Assembly (NCBI GenBank): GCA_002269645.1
Contig: NIVC01000319.1
Location: 248,001 to 312,000, forward strand
Origin: Macrostomum lignano
Lineage: Eukaryota
Direction: 5' to 3'
DNA length: 64,000 bases
The notes under the pieces: model-generated
Databases searched by the model: none
Told to the model about the DNA's origin: nothing
The model's input: only the letters and a program-made list of their open reading frames with translations
Shown here: positions 1 to 12,797 of the stretch, in pieces
Layout of the letters: the number at the start of each line of letters is the position of its first letter
How positions within the stretch are numbered: position 1 is the stretch's first letter
Program-made: the position numbers and the translations under genes

Positions 1-2761
1 CTGCCAAATTAAGTGTCTAGACATATTATACATGCTATTAAATCTTGCTGCCAAATTAAGTGTCTAGACATATTATACATATGTCATATGATTGTCTAAG
101 ATCCATATCTGTCTAGAATCATATACAAAAGGATAGGATTACATTAGAAATTTTTATCATAAATTTGGGCCATAAAATAAAAGTTGGCATAATATTTTTA
201 TAGGTATATCATAATCTATAAGAATCTACTAGTACATCACTGATCAGAATAATCAATATTTTTTGTTCAAAGTTTATTTTTCATGCTTTCTATTATGGCC
301 TAAGATCTAAGTTCAAACTGTACAAGATGTATATAATTGTCTAAGATATTTTGCAGGCAAAAGCAATGTTAAAGTATGGTCTTAATATTAAGGTTTGGGC
401 TTAGTCTTAAATAATGATTAAAAATATCACAGAAACAATGCAAGATAGATATATCAAATCTTATACCAATGCTAAACTTCTTATCCTAAGTTAGGTTTTC
501 TTAAGCTAAGTTTAGACCTTAGGCTCAAGGTAATGAAAAAATCGTTTTAATTTTATAGTCAATACATAAAACAAATACTAGGCCTATCTAAATTAAGTAG
601 TAACCAACTTCCAGTAGTCTTATCATCAATTTTAGCTTATAACTAAACTTAATTTTAACAAATCAATATATTTAAATAAAATATCTTTTAATAGTAATTA
701 AAAATAGGTTAGTCTTGCTTTTTATATATAGTGACCAGGCATAAAAATAGATTTACTATTCATGTAATCATATAAGATCAATTAATTCAACTTTGATAAC
801 ATTGTTTTATGTTCATTATAAAACGAATGATTTAACTATTTTTATAGTCATCATGATAATAACAAGTTATATAGTTATTTCGGGGTGATAATTTTGTGTC
901 AGTTATTTTAGTGACATCTAATTTTGGTTAGGCTCTAACAGGTTACTTTGGAACTATATATATATATAGAATATATCAATTTCCATTATTTATGAGTTTT
1001 TTGTTTTTCAAAGATGATTAAAATATATACAAATTTCTACACTATGTATGATATAGTACAAATCATAGCAAGCCTTGCTAGCAAAATACAAAAAGTTAAA
1101 GAAACTAGAAAATGTTTTGCATCAAGGGTAAATTTGCTTATATATTAACTTCTAAATTGCAGATTAAATACTAATATCATTTTGGCTTTTATTTATTTTT
1201 AAAAGCCTTTTTGATCCAATGTTAATTACATATATATAATATAGCCCTGGCTGGCATTCTTGAATGATTCACTAAACTGATTTTTTAATCAGCTTGATTG
1301 TGTTGATAGGCCTAAACTTAATGGTTAATGGTCTTAGCAAGAACTAATTAGTGTAAGAACATAAGTCTGAGTGCTCAGACTTCCCTTGCCTCTAACTGAA
1401 ATATTTTAAAATATGTTATTGTTCTTCTAGTCTCTCACTTTTATGGCTCTATGTCTATTTCAAATATCAATGTGAGAGCCAAATAACTGAGGCAGCAGAT
1501 TCAATTGACTTTTCCTGATGAAGCAAACACTTGATGGTAACTTACAGACCATTGTATTTGATGGTCACAATCTTGAGATGTTATCTTACAAAATATAATG
1601 TCTAAGATGCAATTCCAAATAAGAAGCTTGTTTTGTTCAAATTCCAAGGTATTTCTAAGTTTTTGGGTGAACCGAGGGTTCAGTCTATTGTGGAACGTGA
1701 GTTGGTTGTTGTTTTGGTTTTAGTGAGTCTATTTATCAGTTTTAGTATTTAGGTTAAGACCCTAACTGTGTCAATCAAAAGTAATCAGAGTAGGCATGTT
1801 AGAATAGCAAGAAGGAAAAAGAGAGGATGAAAGGGAGGCAAGGTGAGGCGAGACAAGCTCTTTGCTTGTTTAACATGGGTTTTTATAGTACTTTTCAGTC
1901 TTAATCGCATTGAATGGTACATAACTGCTTTTCATTAGTTGAGGTTGAGGTTGTGTCCTCAGCATTTGCTAGTTGGAGCGCATTCATTGGTTAAAACACA
2001 TTCAATCTGGATAGGAGCTTTCTAGAGCCAAAATGTGTCACTTCATAACCAACTCATCCTTTTAGGCCATAGACACTCACAAGCATCAATGCCATGTTGG
2101 ACAATATGTCAGATTTCCATTCTTCAAAAATTTATAATTTTTGTTTAGCAATTCAGCCTTGTACTTTTCAGTTAGCCAACTCTCTTTATCTACCATGCTT
2201 TTCCCCACAGACAATTCCAACTGTTATTTTATTTTAGATATTTCAGCTAACCTGTTTGCTATGATAGTATAAATACAAGTTTAACTTGCAGTTTTCATAC
2301 CAATCTGAAATAAAAAACTTAGAAACTTCAAATAATTATGAATTGTTAGGAATTATTAGAGATTGTTGTTGTTTTTATAGCTTGGAAGATATCCAAACAT
2401 GCTAAAATCAGATTTTCAAGTGAAGAAAATCTGAAAAACATTGAACAAATAGTTTAACAAACAATTCAAGAAGAATGCCCCTTAGCCATACATATAATAA
2501 ACTCAAAAACTTTTTTAATTTGAGTAAATATCTTTATAGCCCATTTTTCTTATGCATTTCAAAGCAGATTGCACAAATATTTTTTGTATCTATTGAACAA
2601 ATTCAATACTAATTGCAAATACTATTAAGTGAGCTCTATAATAAAGAAGGCATATACTCTAGAAATTTCTGGGGTATACTCAAGAAATTTGACATATATG
2701 CTGGCAAAGAAAACTGATTTTGTGCTTTTAATATATACATTTAATATTTTGATAATTATGT

Positions 2762-3655
2762 ACATTAAGGCAGTGACAATTTGTCTGGTACTAGATACAA
2801 AAGTGAAGTCATTTGTCCGCTACTGGATAAATAATAGTAAAGTTATTTGTCTGATACTAGCTGAGCTACATGAATTCATATGCCACTCTGTGCATCTTTT
2901 CTAGTAAGGTATACTAGCATGATGTTAGAGCATCTTCCTGATGATCAGTCAGTAAGCCTACTAAGTTCAAATTTGTAGTAATGACTCTACTTTTTTATTG
3001 TAACAACCCCAAATGTTATTGTAATAACTTTAAGTCCTTACTTTGACATTTGTGTTTTACAGCAGCAAATGTCATTATTAATTTTGACTGTACTATGACT
3101 ATTGTTTACTGCAAAACCAAAACATACCAATATGTATAGAATGAAATATTATAAAGGTAAAAATCATACAAAACTTTTGGTATTTTGCCCTTGGCTTTTG
3201 AAGGATTTTGCTGTGATCTATAAACCATATGTTGCTGCAATTCTTTAATTAAAATTAGTTAGGTGCCAATGCAGCAAAGCAATGACGTTATAGCTTGCTA
3301 GGCCCTACTTAACATAGGCCTAGTTGATTGATTAAATAAATTTGAGCTTACATGTACATGTAGACAGTAGTTAGTTTATAGTTGCTATTATTCCACCTAA
3401 GAAACATGGAATGGTTATTCCATTTTTGAGAAACAGCACTATCTTATCAAAACAAATATTTTCTATTTCTAGCCTTTTTATTATTTATTTATGTAGTTTT
3501 TATTATATATCCATGTCTATACTATGCCAGACAAATAATTTCACTGTTATTTATCTGGTATTAGACAAATAACTTCACTTTTATTTATTTGGTACTGGAC
3601 GAATAATAGTTACATTATTTATCCAATACTAGATGAATAGTCATTGCCTTGCACT
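2762..3655. mobile_element. Degenerate foldback/MITE-like element with about 100-bp inverted arms
   Basis: Left arm about 2762-2860 (aagtgaagtcatttgtccgctactggataaataatagtaaagttatttgtctg) resembles the reverse complement of about 3525-3655 (aagtgaagttatttgtctaataccagataaataacagtgaaattatttgtctg). Both arms are built of about 30-bp subrepeats. No TSD resolved. Confidence 0.5.
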
Positions 3656-5024
3656 AAATGGTTCCTAGTCATTTTGTCATCTGCCATTTCATCATTTGGG
3701 TGTCTGGGGTGCTCAACTTGACTATGGTCACTTTGTCATCTTAATTAACATATACTACCTGAAGAGAGTCATTTTGTTATCCACTAATCATATTAGTTCC
3801 AACTTCAAATGAATTATTGTGGCAATTAAATATATTTACTTGGAATCCTAATGATCCCAGTCATTTTGTCATCTCGTATTCTCGATTAATGAAACCTGTT
3901 GATTGATTGGTTCTGCTTGCCGTAGTTAGGCCCTATTATTATTAAACAAAAAATAGTTTACACTAACTCGAATCACGCACAGATTGATTGGTTGATGACG
4001 AAGTATCCAGCATAACTAAATATTTGGTCACTTTGTCATATTAATTTTTGATATGATGAAATGGAATATGACGATCTGACCAGTGACCCACTAAATAGGA
4101 TAAAAAATTTAGAAAAAATAAGTTGGCCTAAAAGTTCAATTAAAAATATAAAACTTAGTGTTCAGAAATAAACAAAAAAGGCATCTCAAAAAGAATTATA
4201 AAATAGTTTATCTTAAAAAGCAAACAAAACTTAAAAATAGGCCTAATTGACACTTGGACTTGATGTCAATGACAATACAATAGGCCTACTCCATAGCTCC
4301 ATATTATACATTTGACCCTAAATTAAAATGTCAGTGTCAACAAAATGGATGTCACGAAACTGTATATAGGCCTAGTCTAGACACTAGACCTAGCTAGTGC
4401 AGGACAGCAGCAGCAGGTTAGGCCTATCTGCATCTGCAATCTGCATCCTGCCTGCTGCACTGCACTGTACCAGTGTACTGCACTATTATTGGTATTGGCT
4501 GTCAAAACATGGAAATGTAAAATTATTTTGCTACAGTCTAGAGACATTAAATTATGCTTTTTATAGTGAATTAAGGCTTCAGTTAATGTTTGCCTACTTG
4601 CATTGCATGGTGGCTTTAAATGGTGGCTGGCTTTGAGTCATATTTTGAGTCAGCGGGATGGCTCCTTAAATTGAAAGCAAAACATTTCTAATTTTGATAT
4701 TTAGATATATTAAAATTTACTTAAGAGAATATAGAAACTTGTACGCCATATATTGTAGTAAAAAGGCACAATTACTTACTTTCTTAAATAGTTTTAAGTA
4801 AAGTTAAAAAGGTGTTATAGCTAGTTAATTTTTTCAAATTACATAAATTCTTAGAAAGCTGGGCTAAAGAATGCCAGTACATGAGAATGAGATGAGTAAT
4901 GAAAGGTCCAGTCGTGCAATTTAATTGTAATTTTGCGTAAATTGTATTTAAATTAAAAAATTTACTTGTTCTATAGGGGTTTTGTTCACTTTGTCTATCA
5001 CAAATGAAGGGAAGATGCAGCTTG

Positions 5025-5204
5025 CAGGGTTGTTGGACCCAGAAAATTTTTTTTTGGGGGGGGGCTGGAGAAACAAGTACAATCCAATACTAGAAAATAG
5101 ACCTTGCATAGTTATAGGCCGAAAAATTATGGCCCAATTTTTTGGCCATGGCCTATGGCTGAGAGGTGGCATGGACCCCTTGGCCATCCTTGGATCTGCC
5201 CCTG
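5025..5204. mobile_element. Possible degenerate short hAT-like MITE (CAGGG...CCCTG ends)
   Basis: Starts caggg..ggacccagaaaattttttttggggggggg and ends ggatctgcccctg, resembling CAGGGGCGGATCC-type MITE ends. No TSD found. Confidence 0.3.
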
Positions 5205-5441
5205 TTGGCCTAAGCCACACTCAAATCTGTTACACAGTATGCAGGAAAAATGCCACCCCCCCCCCCCTATACCATCAATCCAAATTTATGCCAGACAAAC
5301 AAATTTACTCTTGATCTATACGCTGGACATTATTAAAAAAGTGTTTCAACAATTAAGGACATTTTTGCATAATGACAATTGATAATACAAGACCCTTTCT
5401 TGCATTACTTACATTTTGGTCTTTTGTATGCCAATAGTAGT

Positions 5442-5854
5442 GGTAACTGATTGTTTCGCCCATAAACCGTTTTGGCCATGTACATTTCGCCCCTAGACCA
5501 TTTCGCCTACAGGCTACAGACTGTTTTACCCATAGACCATTTTGGCCATGGACTGTTTTGCCTCTAATTTGGACCAGGGTTGAAATGAACAAAGTCATAA
5601 GCTGAGAATATGCAAGATGAGACAAAAGTGCCAAGAGCACTGATATTTTATTATAAATTAAAACTAAAAATTAGCATTGAAAAAAGAAAATAAAGATACA
5701 TATATAGCTGTATTTCTAAAATATATAATAATCATTTTGGCCAAAATGCCCATAGCTGAACTGGTTTATAGATGAAACAGACTATTGGCAAAATGGTCTA
5801 GGGGCGAAATGTCCATGGGTAAAATAGTTTGGGGGCAAAACAACTGAAATTCCC
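5442..5854. mobile_element. Non-autonomous DNA transposon (MITE) with subterminal inverted repeats
   Basis: Perfect 22-nt inverted match between 5482-5503 (acatttcgcccctagaccattt) and 5791-5812. Degenerate termini are ggtaactgattgtttcgcc and ggcaaaacaactgaaattccc. Each arm carries repeated tttcgcc/ttttgcc units. Confidence 0.55.
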
Positions 5855-7170
5855 AATAGCTACACTATACACTGGCTCTAGGGCACATTTTTCTAGAGGA
5901 TTATTCTATATCAGATAATTTATCACTTTTCTGACCATTTTTTCAGGTCTATTATACACTAGAATTTTTTGCATATATGTAAGATTTGGGAGTGGGAGGC
6001 CTAAGAAGATAGACAATTTAGTTTGTAGGCCTAACTTTAAAGTATAATAAAGATCTATACAGCTAAAAAAATCTTTAATTTCTTATTTTATCTTATGAAT
6101 ATCTTAAATAATGTTTTATAGGCCCCTATCTTAAATAATTATGACATAAAATATCATATCATATAGCCTTTATATATACTTGTAATATATTGATTTAATG
6201 ATTAGAATATAAATCTAGGCTAGCAATTATAGATAGTCAGTAGGCCTAGTCAGTATTATATTGATAGGCCAAATATTTTTAATGCATAAAATTCTAAAAA
6301 CTAAAAATTAGTATCATTTTTAATCGTTAAAAATCACATATTGATCATTGTCTTTGAATTTATTTTAATGATTAAATAAAAATATAATATATTAAATTAT
6401 CCAATAAGTTTTTTAAATGATCATTTTAAACCTACACGATAGGCCTATGGGCTATGGCACTAAGGTGCAGCACTGATTAGAGCACAAGGGGATAGGGTGG
6501 TACTGAATCCACTGGCACTTATGGAAAAAATCTGACCTAGCAGAATCATTGAATATCTGGAAGGTTGGCAAAGAGTCAAATATGGACACTTGATAAAACT
6601 TGGTGAAACATCTATTAGCTAGCTTAAATTAATTATGTCTATTTAAGATTGCACAAGACACTGCATGAAGGCACTCTGCATGTCATTTACCTAGAGCTAG
6701 AGAACAGACCTGGAGCTTACTAAGCTCGCCTACTAGCTCCTCTAAGGTTGGAAATTCAGCTGCCAGCTGGCCCTTGGGGCTCATAAATCCAGTTGCCAAT
6801 GGCTATTTTTGGTTGACCATTGGCAACTAGCTAAATTCTTGAGAATGGAGATTTCCAAGGCTACATTTGAAAAGTAGAAATTTGTTCTCTTAACTCTAAG
6901 ATTGCTATCTATGCTGCAAATAATAACAAACTAACAATTCCATCATATGATCATATCAATTCATGATCATATCATATCATCATATCATGATCATGAATTG
7001 AACCCTCTAATGGCACTTTTATTACAATTACAAAATCATTTTTTGAAGTTGCCAGATTAGCCTCTGATTCCTAAAATCCAGTTGCCAATGAAATTTTCAA
7101 GGGGCCAAAAAACCCCATATGGCCCAAAAAACCCAGCCTACTAGAAGAAATTCCAATCAAAATCCTTCAG

Positions 7171-10100
7171 CAGGACCAGCCCCTGCTGTACATTGGCAAC
7201 ATTCCCTCCCGCTACCGGGCCAGGGACTTGCGCCGTTTCTTTGCCACCTCCGTGGAGTCGGGGGCGTTCGCCTGCTTCCATTTCCGACATCGACCTCAGC
7301 GCATTGCCGCTGCTGCATCAACTTCAGGAGCCGCGTCGTCTGGCAAGAAGGCGCCACGCCTGCTGTGCTGCTACGCTCGAGCCAGCTCGCCTCAGGCCGC
7401 CAATGAGGTGAGGACCGTCACAACTTGCATGGCTCAGCTGTCACCGAAGGCTGTTGTCCAAATTGCGATTGAGTTGGCGTGCGCCTCCAGTGCTATGAAA
7501 TGCCCTTTAAAGTTACAGCCCACATCAGTATGAGTGTGAAAACCCTGGAAATTCTCTAAACACTTTAGAACCCACCTAGTAGAGATACGAAATTGCTTCT
7601 TGAAACCCTGAAAGCGATTAAGGACTCACGGATCATCTCTAAAGTCAGAATAGTACGCTCGTAACCCTCTAATTTTTGGAGCTCCTCCCGACACTGGAAC
7701 CCCTCTAGTGACCCTGGAACCCTCTAGTGACCCTGCAACCCTCTAGTGACCCTGGAACCCTCTAGTGACCCTGGAACCCCTCTAGTGACCCTGGAACCCT
7801 CTAGTGACCCTGGAACCCCTCTAGTGACCCTGGAACCCCTTTAGTGACCCTGGAATTGGAACCCCTCTAGTGACCCTGGAACCCCTCTAGTGACCCTGGA
7901 ACCCTCTAGTGACCCTGGAACCCCTCTAGTGACCCTGGAACCCCTCTAGTGACCCTGGAACCCCTCTAGTGACCCTGGAACCCCTTTAGTGACCCTGGAA
8001 TTGGAACCCCTCTAGTGACCCTGGAACCCCTCTAGTGACCCTGGAACCCCTCTAGTGACCCTGGAACCCCTTTAGTGACCCTGGAACCCTCTAGTGACCC
8101 TGGAAACCCTCTAGTGACCCTGGAACCCCACTAGTGACCCTGGAACCCCTTTAGTGACCCTGGAACCCTTCTAGTGACCCTGGCACCTCTCTAATGACCC
8201 TGGAACCCCTTTAGTGATACCAAAGCATCCCTCTAGTGACTGTGGATTTCGTAATGAATCACAAAAACTAACAAGAGAATCTGGAACCGGAGCCTCTCCA
8301 TCGCTCTCCATCGCAGGTGATGAGGCTGCACAGCGGCAGCCAGTGGCGCGCCTACTCCGGCGTCAGGGAGCTGCCGCTCGGCCTGCGCTGCCTCATCTCC
8401 GTCTGCGACTCGGCCTCCGCCGCGGTGCCCGCCAGGGTGGCCGCTGATCTCCGGAGCCTGACGGGGCCGCAGTTGGCCAGGGCATTGAAGCGGCACGGCC
8501 TGCAGGTTGGTGGCGGCGCCGTCCCGTCTTCAAATTTGATGCTGCAACAGCAGATCTCACCCCTACGATAGCAGATCTCACCCCTGCGACAGCAGATCTC
8601 ACTATATGCATCTGCAGATCTCACCCCTGCAACAGCAGATCTCACTATATGCATCTGCAGATCTCACCGCTGCAACAGCAGATCTCACCCCTGCAACAGC
8701 AGATCTCACTATCTGCATCTGCAGATCTCACTCCTGCAACAGCAGATCTCACTATCTGCATCTGCAGATCTCACCCCTGCAACAGCAGATCTCACTATCT
8801 GCAACTGCAGACCTCACCCCTGCAACAGCAGATCTCACTCCTGCAGATCTCAGTCCAGACTCCAGTTATTAAGTTCAAACTACAAACTACAGTTAGCAAA
8901 GATCTGCTAACTCAGGGTTCAGATCTGCAATTGCAGAGGCTGAGATCTGCAGTAAAACTTTGCAATCTCTCCATGCAGGTGGGCGCCAGCGGCCGGCCGC
9001 AGCCTGTGGAGCTGTGCCCGCCAGCCTGCATGCCGCAGGGCAACGTTGGCACGCCAACCAGCCACTTCCTTGGCCTGGTGCAGCGCTGCCAGCTTCCTGC
9101 CGGCCTCATCGCCAGCCTGGGCCTGGATCTGCGCTCGGCCGGCAAGCGGCGGGGCAAATTCTCCGCCGTGCCCTTCGACTACGGCGGCGCCGTCCGAAGC
9201 TTCTCGACGTCTGCGCCGCCGCGGGTCGATCTTGATGAGGAAGATTCGGACGTGGCCGAAAATCATTTACGGCCAGACACTGCGGACGAGGAGGCCGGAC
9301 AAGCGGCTGGCGGCACGGATGATGAAGAGGAGGCTGAAGAGGAAGACGAGCCGGCCGAGGACTGGGAGCGGTTCGAGGCGCTTCACGACGATCCGCACAA
9401 CGTGGACCGGTGGAAAGAGCGCAAGTGAGTTTTATGGTGATGATGCGCTGCTTATGACTACTGCAGTTAGTAGTGTGATGGGAACATGCAATTTCTTTAT
9501 CAAAGTTGAAAATTGACCCAAAAACTGTAATAGGCTGACATGGTAGAGTGACAAGTAGTCAAGTGGAGTGACCAGTGGGAAACCATGAAGAGTGACAAGT
9601 AGTCAAGTGGAGTGACCAGTGGGAAACCATGAAGAGTGACAAGTAGACACCAGAGAGTGACAGGTAGACTGTAGACACCATAGAGTGGCAAATAGACACC
9701 ATAGAGAGTGACAAGTAGACACCATAGAGTGACAAGTAGACATCATAGTGACAAGTAGATACCATAGAGTGACAAGTAGACACCATAGAGTGACAAGTAG
9801 ACATCATAGAGTGACAAGCAGACACCAGAGAGAGTGACAAGCAGACACCAGAGAGAGTGACAAGCAGACACCAGAGAGAGTGACAAGCAGACACCAGAGA
9901 GAGTGACAAGCAGACACCAGAGAGAGTGACAAGTAGTAGAGTTGCTCGTTTAATTACTAGCAAATAAAAAAGCTTAAAATCAACATTTACGGCAAAAACC
10001 AACTCGTTTCAACCCACTAGGGCCGTCGTCAGAATATATTTTATCATTGAACGAAACAGTCAATATAAATAAGTAAACGATTGTACTATCTAAAGTGTCA

Positions 10101-11875
10101 AATTGAAAACGGGAGGGTAACAAACGTACGAAAGAACATCCACCATAGAGTGACAAGCAGACACCATAGAGTGACAAGTAGACAACCTAGGAAGTGACAG
10201 GTAGACATCCTAGACCTAGAGAGTGACAGGTGAACAACCTAGAGAGTGACAGGTGAACAACCTAGAGAGTGACAGGTGAACAACCTAGAGAGTGACAGGC
10301 GAACAACCTAGAGAGTGACAGACGAACAACCTAGAGAGTGACAGGCGAACAACCTAGAGAGTGACAGGCGAACAACCTAGAGAGTGACAGGAGAACAACC
10401 TAGAGAGTGACAGGCCCCCAGCGGAGTCCATTCCTTACTGCCGCAAATTCCGAAACAGATACGAGGAGCCGCTGGAAATCGTGTGGGAGAAGGGCGGGCC
10501 CGGCCTGGTGTGGTACACGGACGAGCAGTTCTGGCGCCAAGGCGAGAAACTCGAACTATTCGATGACCCAACCAACTACGACTGGGACCTGGACATGTCC
10601 GCCTACGAGGCCGCCGGGGACGCCGCGCCTGGAGACGCGGACGCGCGCGACCTGCTGGACATGCGGCGCTTCGGCGCGTTCGAGCGGCACACGCGCGGCT
10701 TCGGGTCCGACCTGCTCAGGCGGCAGGTGAGCGACTGGGAGGGGGGGATGAGGCTTTGAGCTTGGCTTCTTGGACTGAAGACTGGTGGCGGCCCGAACAA
10801 ATTGAATAGAGCTCAAAACATTTTAGTGAGAAGTTGACCCGATTAGAGTTGGAAGTGGACAAACAGTAGGAAATCAGGCTCGGTAGACATTGGAGTGCGC
10901 AGTAGGCTTAGAAGTAGACATACGGGAGGGAAAAGTACGAGTAGACGCAGTTGAGTGAGAAGTAGACATAGTTAAGTGTGAAGTAGACTCGGTTAAGTGT
11001 GAAGTAGATTCGGTTAAGTGAGAAGTAGACAGTTGAGTGAGAAGTAGACATAGTTAAGTGTGAAGTAGACTCAGTTGAGTGAGAAGTATACTTAGTTGAG
11101 TGAGAAGTAGACATAGTTGAGTGTGAAGTAGACTCAGTTAAGTGAGAAGTAGGCTCAGTTGAGTGAGAAGTAGATACAGTTGTGAGAAGTAGACACATTT
11201 CAGTGAGAAGTAGACAGTTGAGTGAGAAGTAGACACAGTTGAGTGAGAAGTAGACATAGTTAAGTGTGAAGTAGACTCAGTTGAGTGAGAAGTAGACAGT
11301 TGAGTGAGAAGTAGACATAGTTAAGTGTGAAGTAGACTCAGTTGAGTGAGAAGTAGACAGTTGAGTGAGAAGTAGACATAGTTAAGTGTGAAGTAGACTC
11401 AGTTGAGTGAGAAGTAGACTTAGTTGAGTGAGCAGTAGATTCAGTTAAGTGAGAAGTAGATAAGGTAGGTTCTGTCTCGCACCCGCAGGGCTGGGCGGGT
11501 CCGGGCTCGGCGGTTGGCGGCAGCGGCAGCGGAGGCGGCGGCCTGACGGAGCCGCTGTCGGCGGAGCCGCGCCCATCGCGCGCCGGCTTCGGCTACCGCG
11601 GCCCCGCACTGCTGCCCCGCGGCCACCCGACCTCCACTGACAAGTTCAATTCCAATGGCCTGACGCGCCGGGAAGCGGCGCTGGTGGCGCGCGCGCGAGC
11701 GACCGGCGCCTACGTGGCTGCGGCGCACGACCGGCCGGCAGTCCGGGCCGCCGTGGACCCCGGAGACAGCCTGCTGGTGCGGGCGAATCCCGACAGGCTG
11801 AAGTACCGCCCGGCTGCCGAGGCTGCCAGCGCCGCCGCTCATGCTGGAGGCCGCGGCGCCGGCAGTAGCAAATGA
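7171..11875 (+). CDS. GPATCH3: G-patch domain-containing protein 3 (about 508 aa plus unresolved start)
   Basis: Exons 7171-7407, 8317-8505, 8979-9424, 10459-10726, 11489-11875 join in frame at GT-AG sites (phases 0,0,2,0). Family motifs: LYIGNIP..LRRFF..FACFHFRHRP, MPQGNVGTP, WERFEALHDD, WEKGGPGLVWYTDEQFW, DWDLDMS, GAFERHTRGFG..LLRRQGW (G-patch), GFGYRG, DSLLVR..LKYR. No in-frame ATG upstream of 7171. Confidence 0.9.
7694..8240. repeat. 20-bp minisatellite (ggaacccctctagtgaccct) in GPATCH3 intron 1
   Basis: Tandem units visible directly; boundaries approximate. Confidence 0.95.
8545..8850. repeat. About 21-bp minisatellite (gcagatctcacccctgcaaca and variants) in GPATCH3 intron 2
   Basis: Tandem units visible directly; boundaries approximate. 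Confidence 0.9.
9540..10412. repeat. Two related 21-23-bp arrays (agagtgacaagtagacaccat; agagagtgacaggtgaacaacct) in GPATCH3 intron 3
   Basis: Arrays at about 9540-9935 and 10140-10412, separated by unique sequence. Confidence 0.9.
10910..11462. repeat. About 21-bp minisatellite (gttgagtgagaagtagacaca and variants) in GPATCH3 intron 4
   Basis: Tandem units visible directly; boundaries approximate. Confidence 0.9.
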
Positions 11876-11944
11876 GTAGTATGCGGCGCAATTTCCGCGC
11901 GGATTTGTCTGCAGTCTTTCGGTTTTTGTTTTCTGTCCTTCTGT

Positions 11945-12420
11945 TTCCGCCCCTCGGTCTCCGCCCCTCGGTCTCCGCCCCTCGGTCTCCGCCCCTCGGT
12001 CTCCGCCCCTCGGTCTCCGCCCCTCGGTCTCCGCCCCTCGGTCTCCGCCCCTCGGTCTCCGCCCCTCGGTCTCCGCCCCTCGGTCTCCGCCTCTCGGTCT
12101 CCGCCCTTCGGTCTCCGCCCCTCGGTCTCCTCCCTCCCGGTCTCCGCCCCTCGGTCTCCTCCCTCCCGGTCTCCGCCCCTCTGTCTCCACTCCTCTGTCT
12201 CCACTCCTCGGTCTCCACTCCTCGGTCTCCGCCCCTCTGTCTCCGCCCCTCGGTCTCCGCCCCTCTGTCTCCGCCCCTCGGTCTCCGCCCCTCGGTCTCC
12301 GCCCTCGGTCTCCGCCCTCGGTCACCGCCCCCGGTCTCCGCATCTCTGTCTTCGCTTCTCGGTCTCCGCCCCTCGGTCTCCGCCCCTCAGGCTTCACCCC
12401 TCGGTCTCTGCCCTCTGCCT
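11945..12420. repeat. 14-bp minisatellite (cggtctccgcccct) just 3' of the GPATCH3 stop
   Basis: Tandem units visible directly. Confidence 0.95.
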
Positions 12421-12797
12421 CTCTGCCACCTTATTCAGTGATCAGCTGATGCAGCTATCTTTCTGCGCGATAAATCTTGTAAATACTCGTAAAGTGAGGC
12501 ATGTTTGCAGTGTAAAATAAACCCGCACATAACAGATTTACATTTTGCGCTTCCACTGCGCCAATGCTATTGGCTATTCAGCTTGAATATTAATTTCTGC
12601 TTATTATTTTGACTTTAGTTTTGACTTTTTGATTTTTGAAGTTTTTGTTAACTCTGTGTTAGCGTCAGATTAGAAGTTAGAAATTAATTTCTGTGCAAAG
12701 TAGTCTGAAAATTGTTTAGCTGGCACGAGGCGGACACTTCAAGCAAGTACAAGATGTACTTTCCTGTGTGAAACACTGGCGCGCCGTGTGACTCGAA

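Noticed and set aside
2629-5640. Short ORFs in the AT-rich left flank
   Set aside because: Low-complexity, TE-derived or random; no coding-like composition compared with the real exons in this window.
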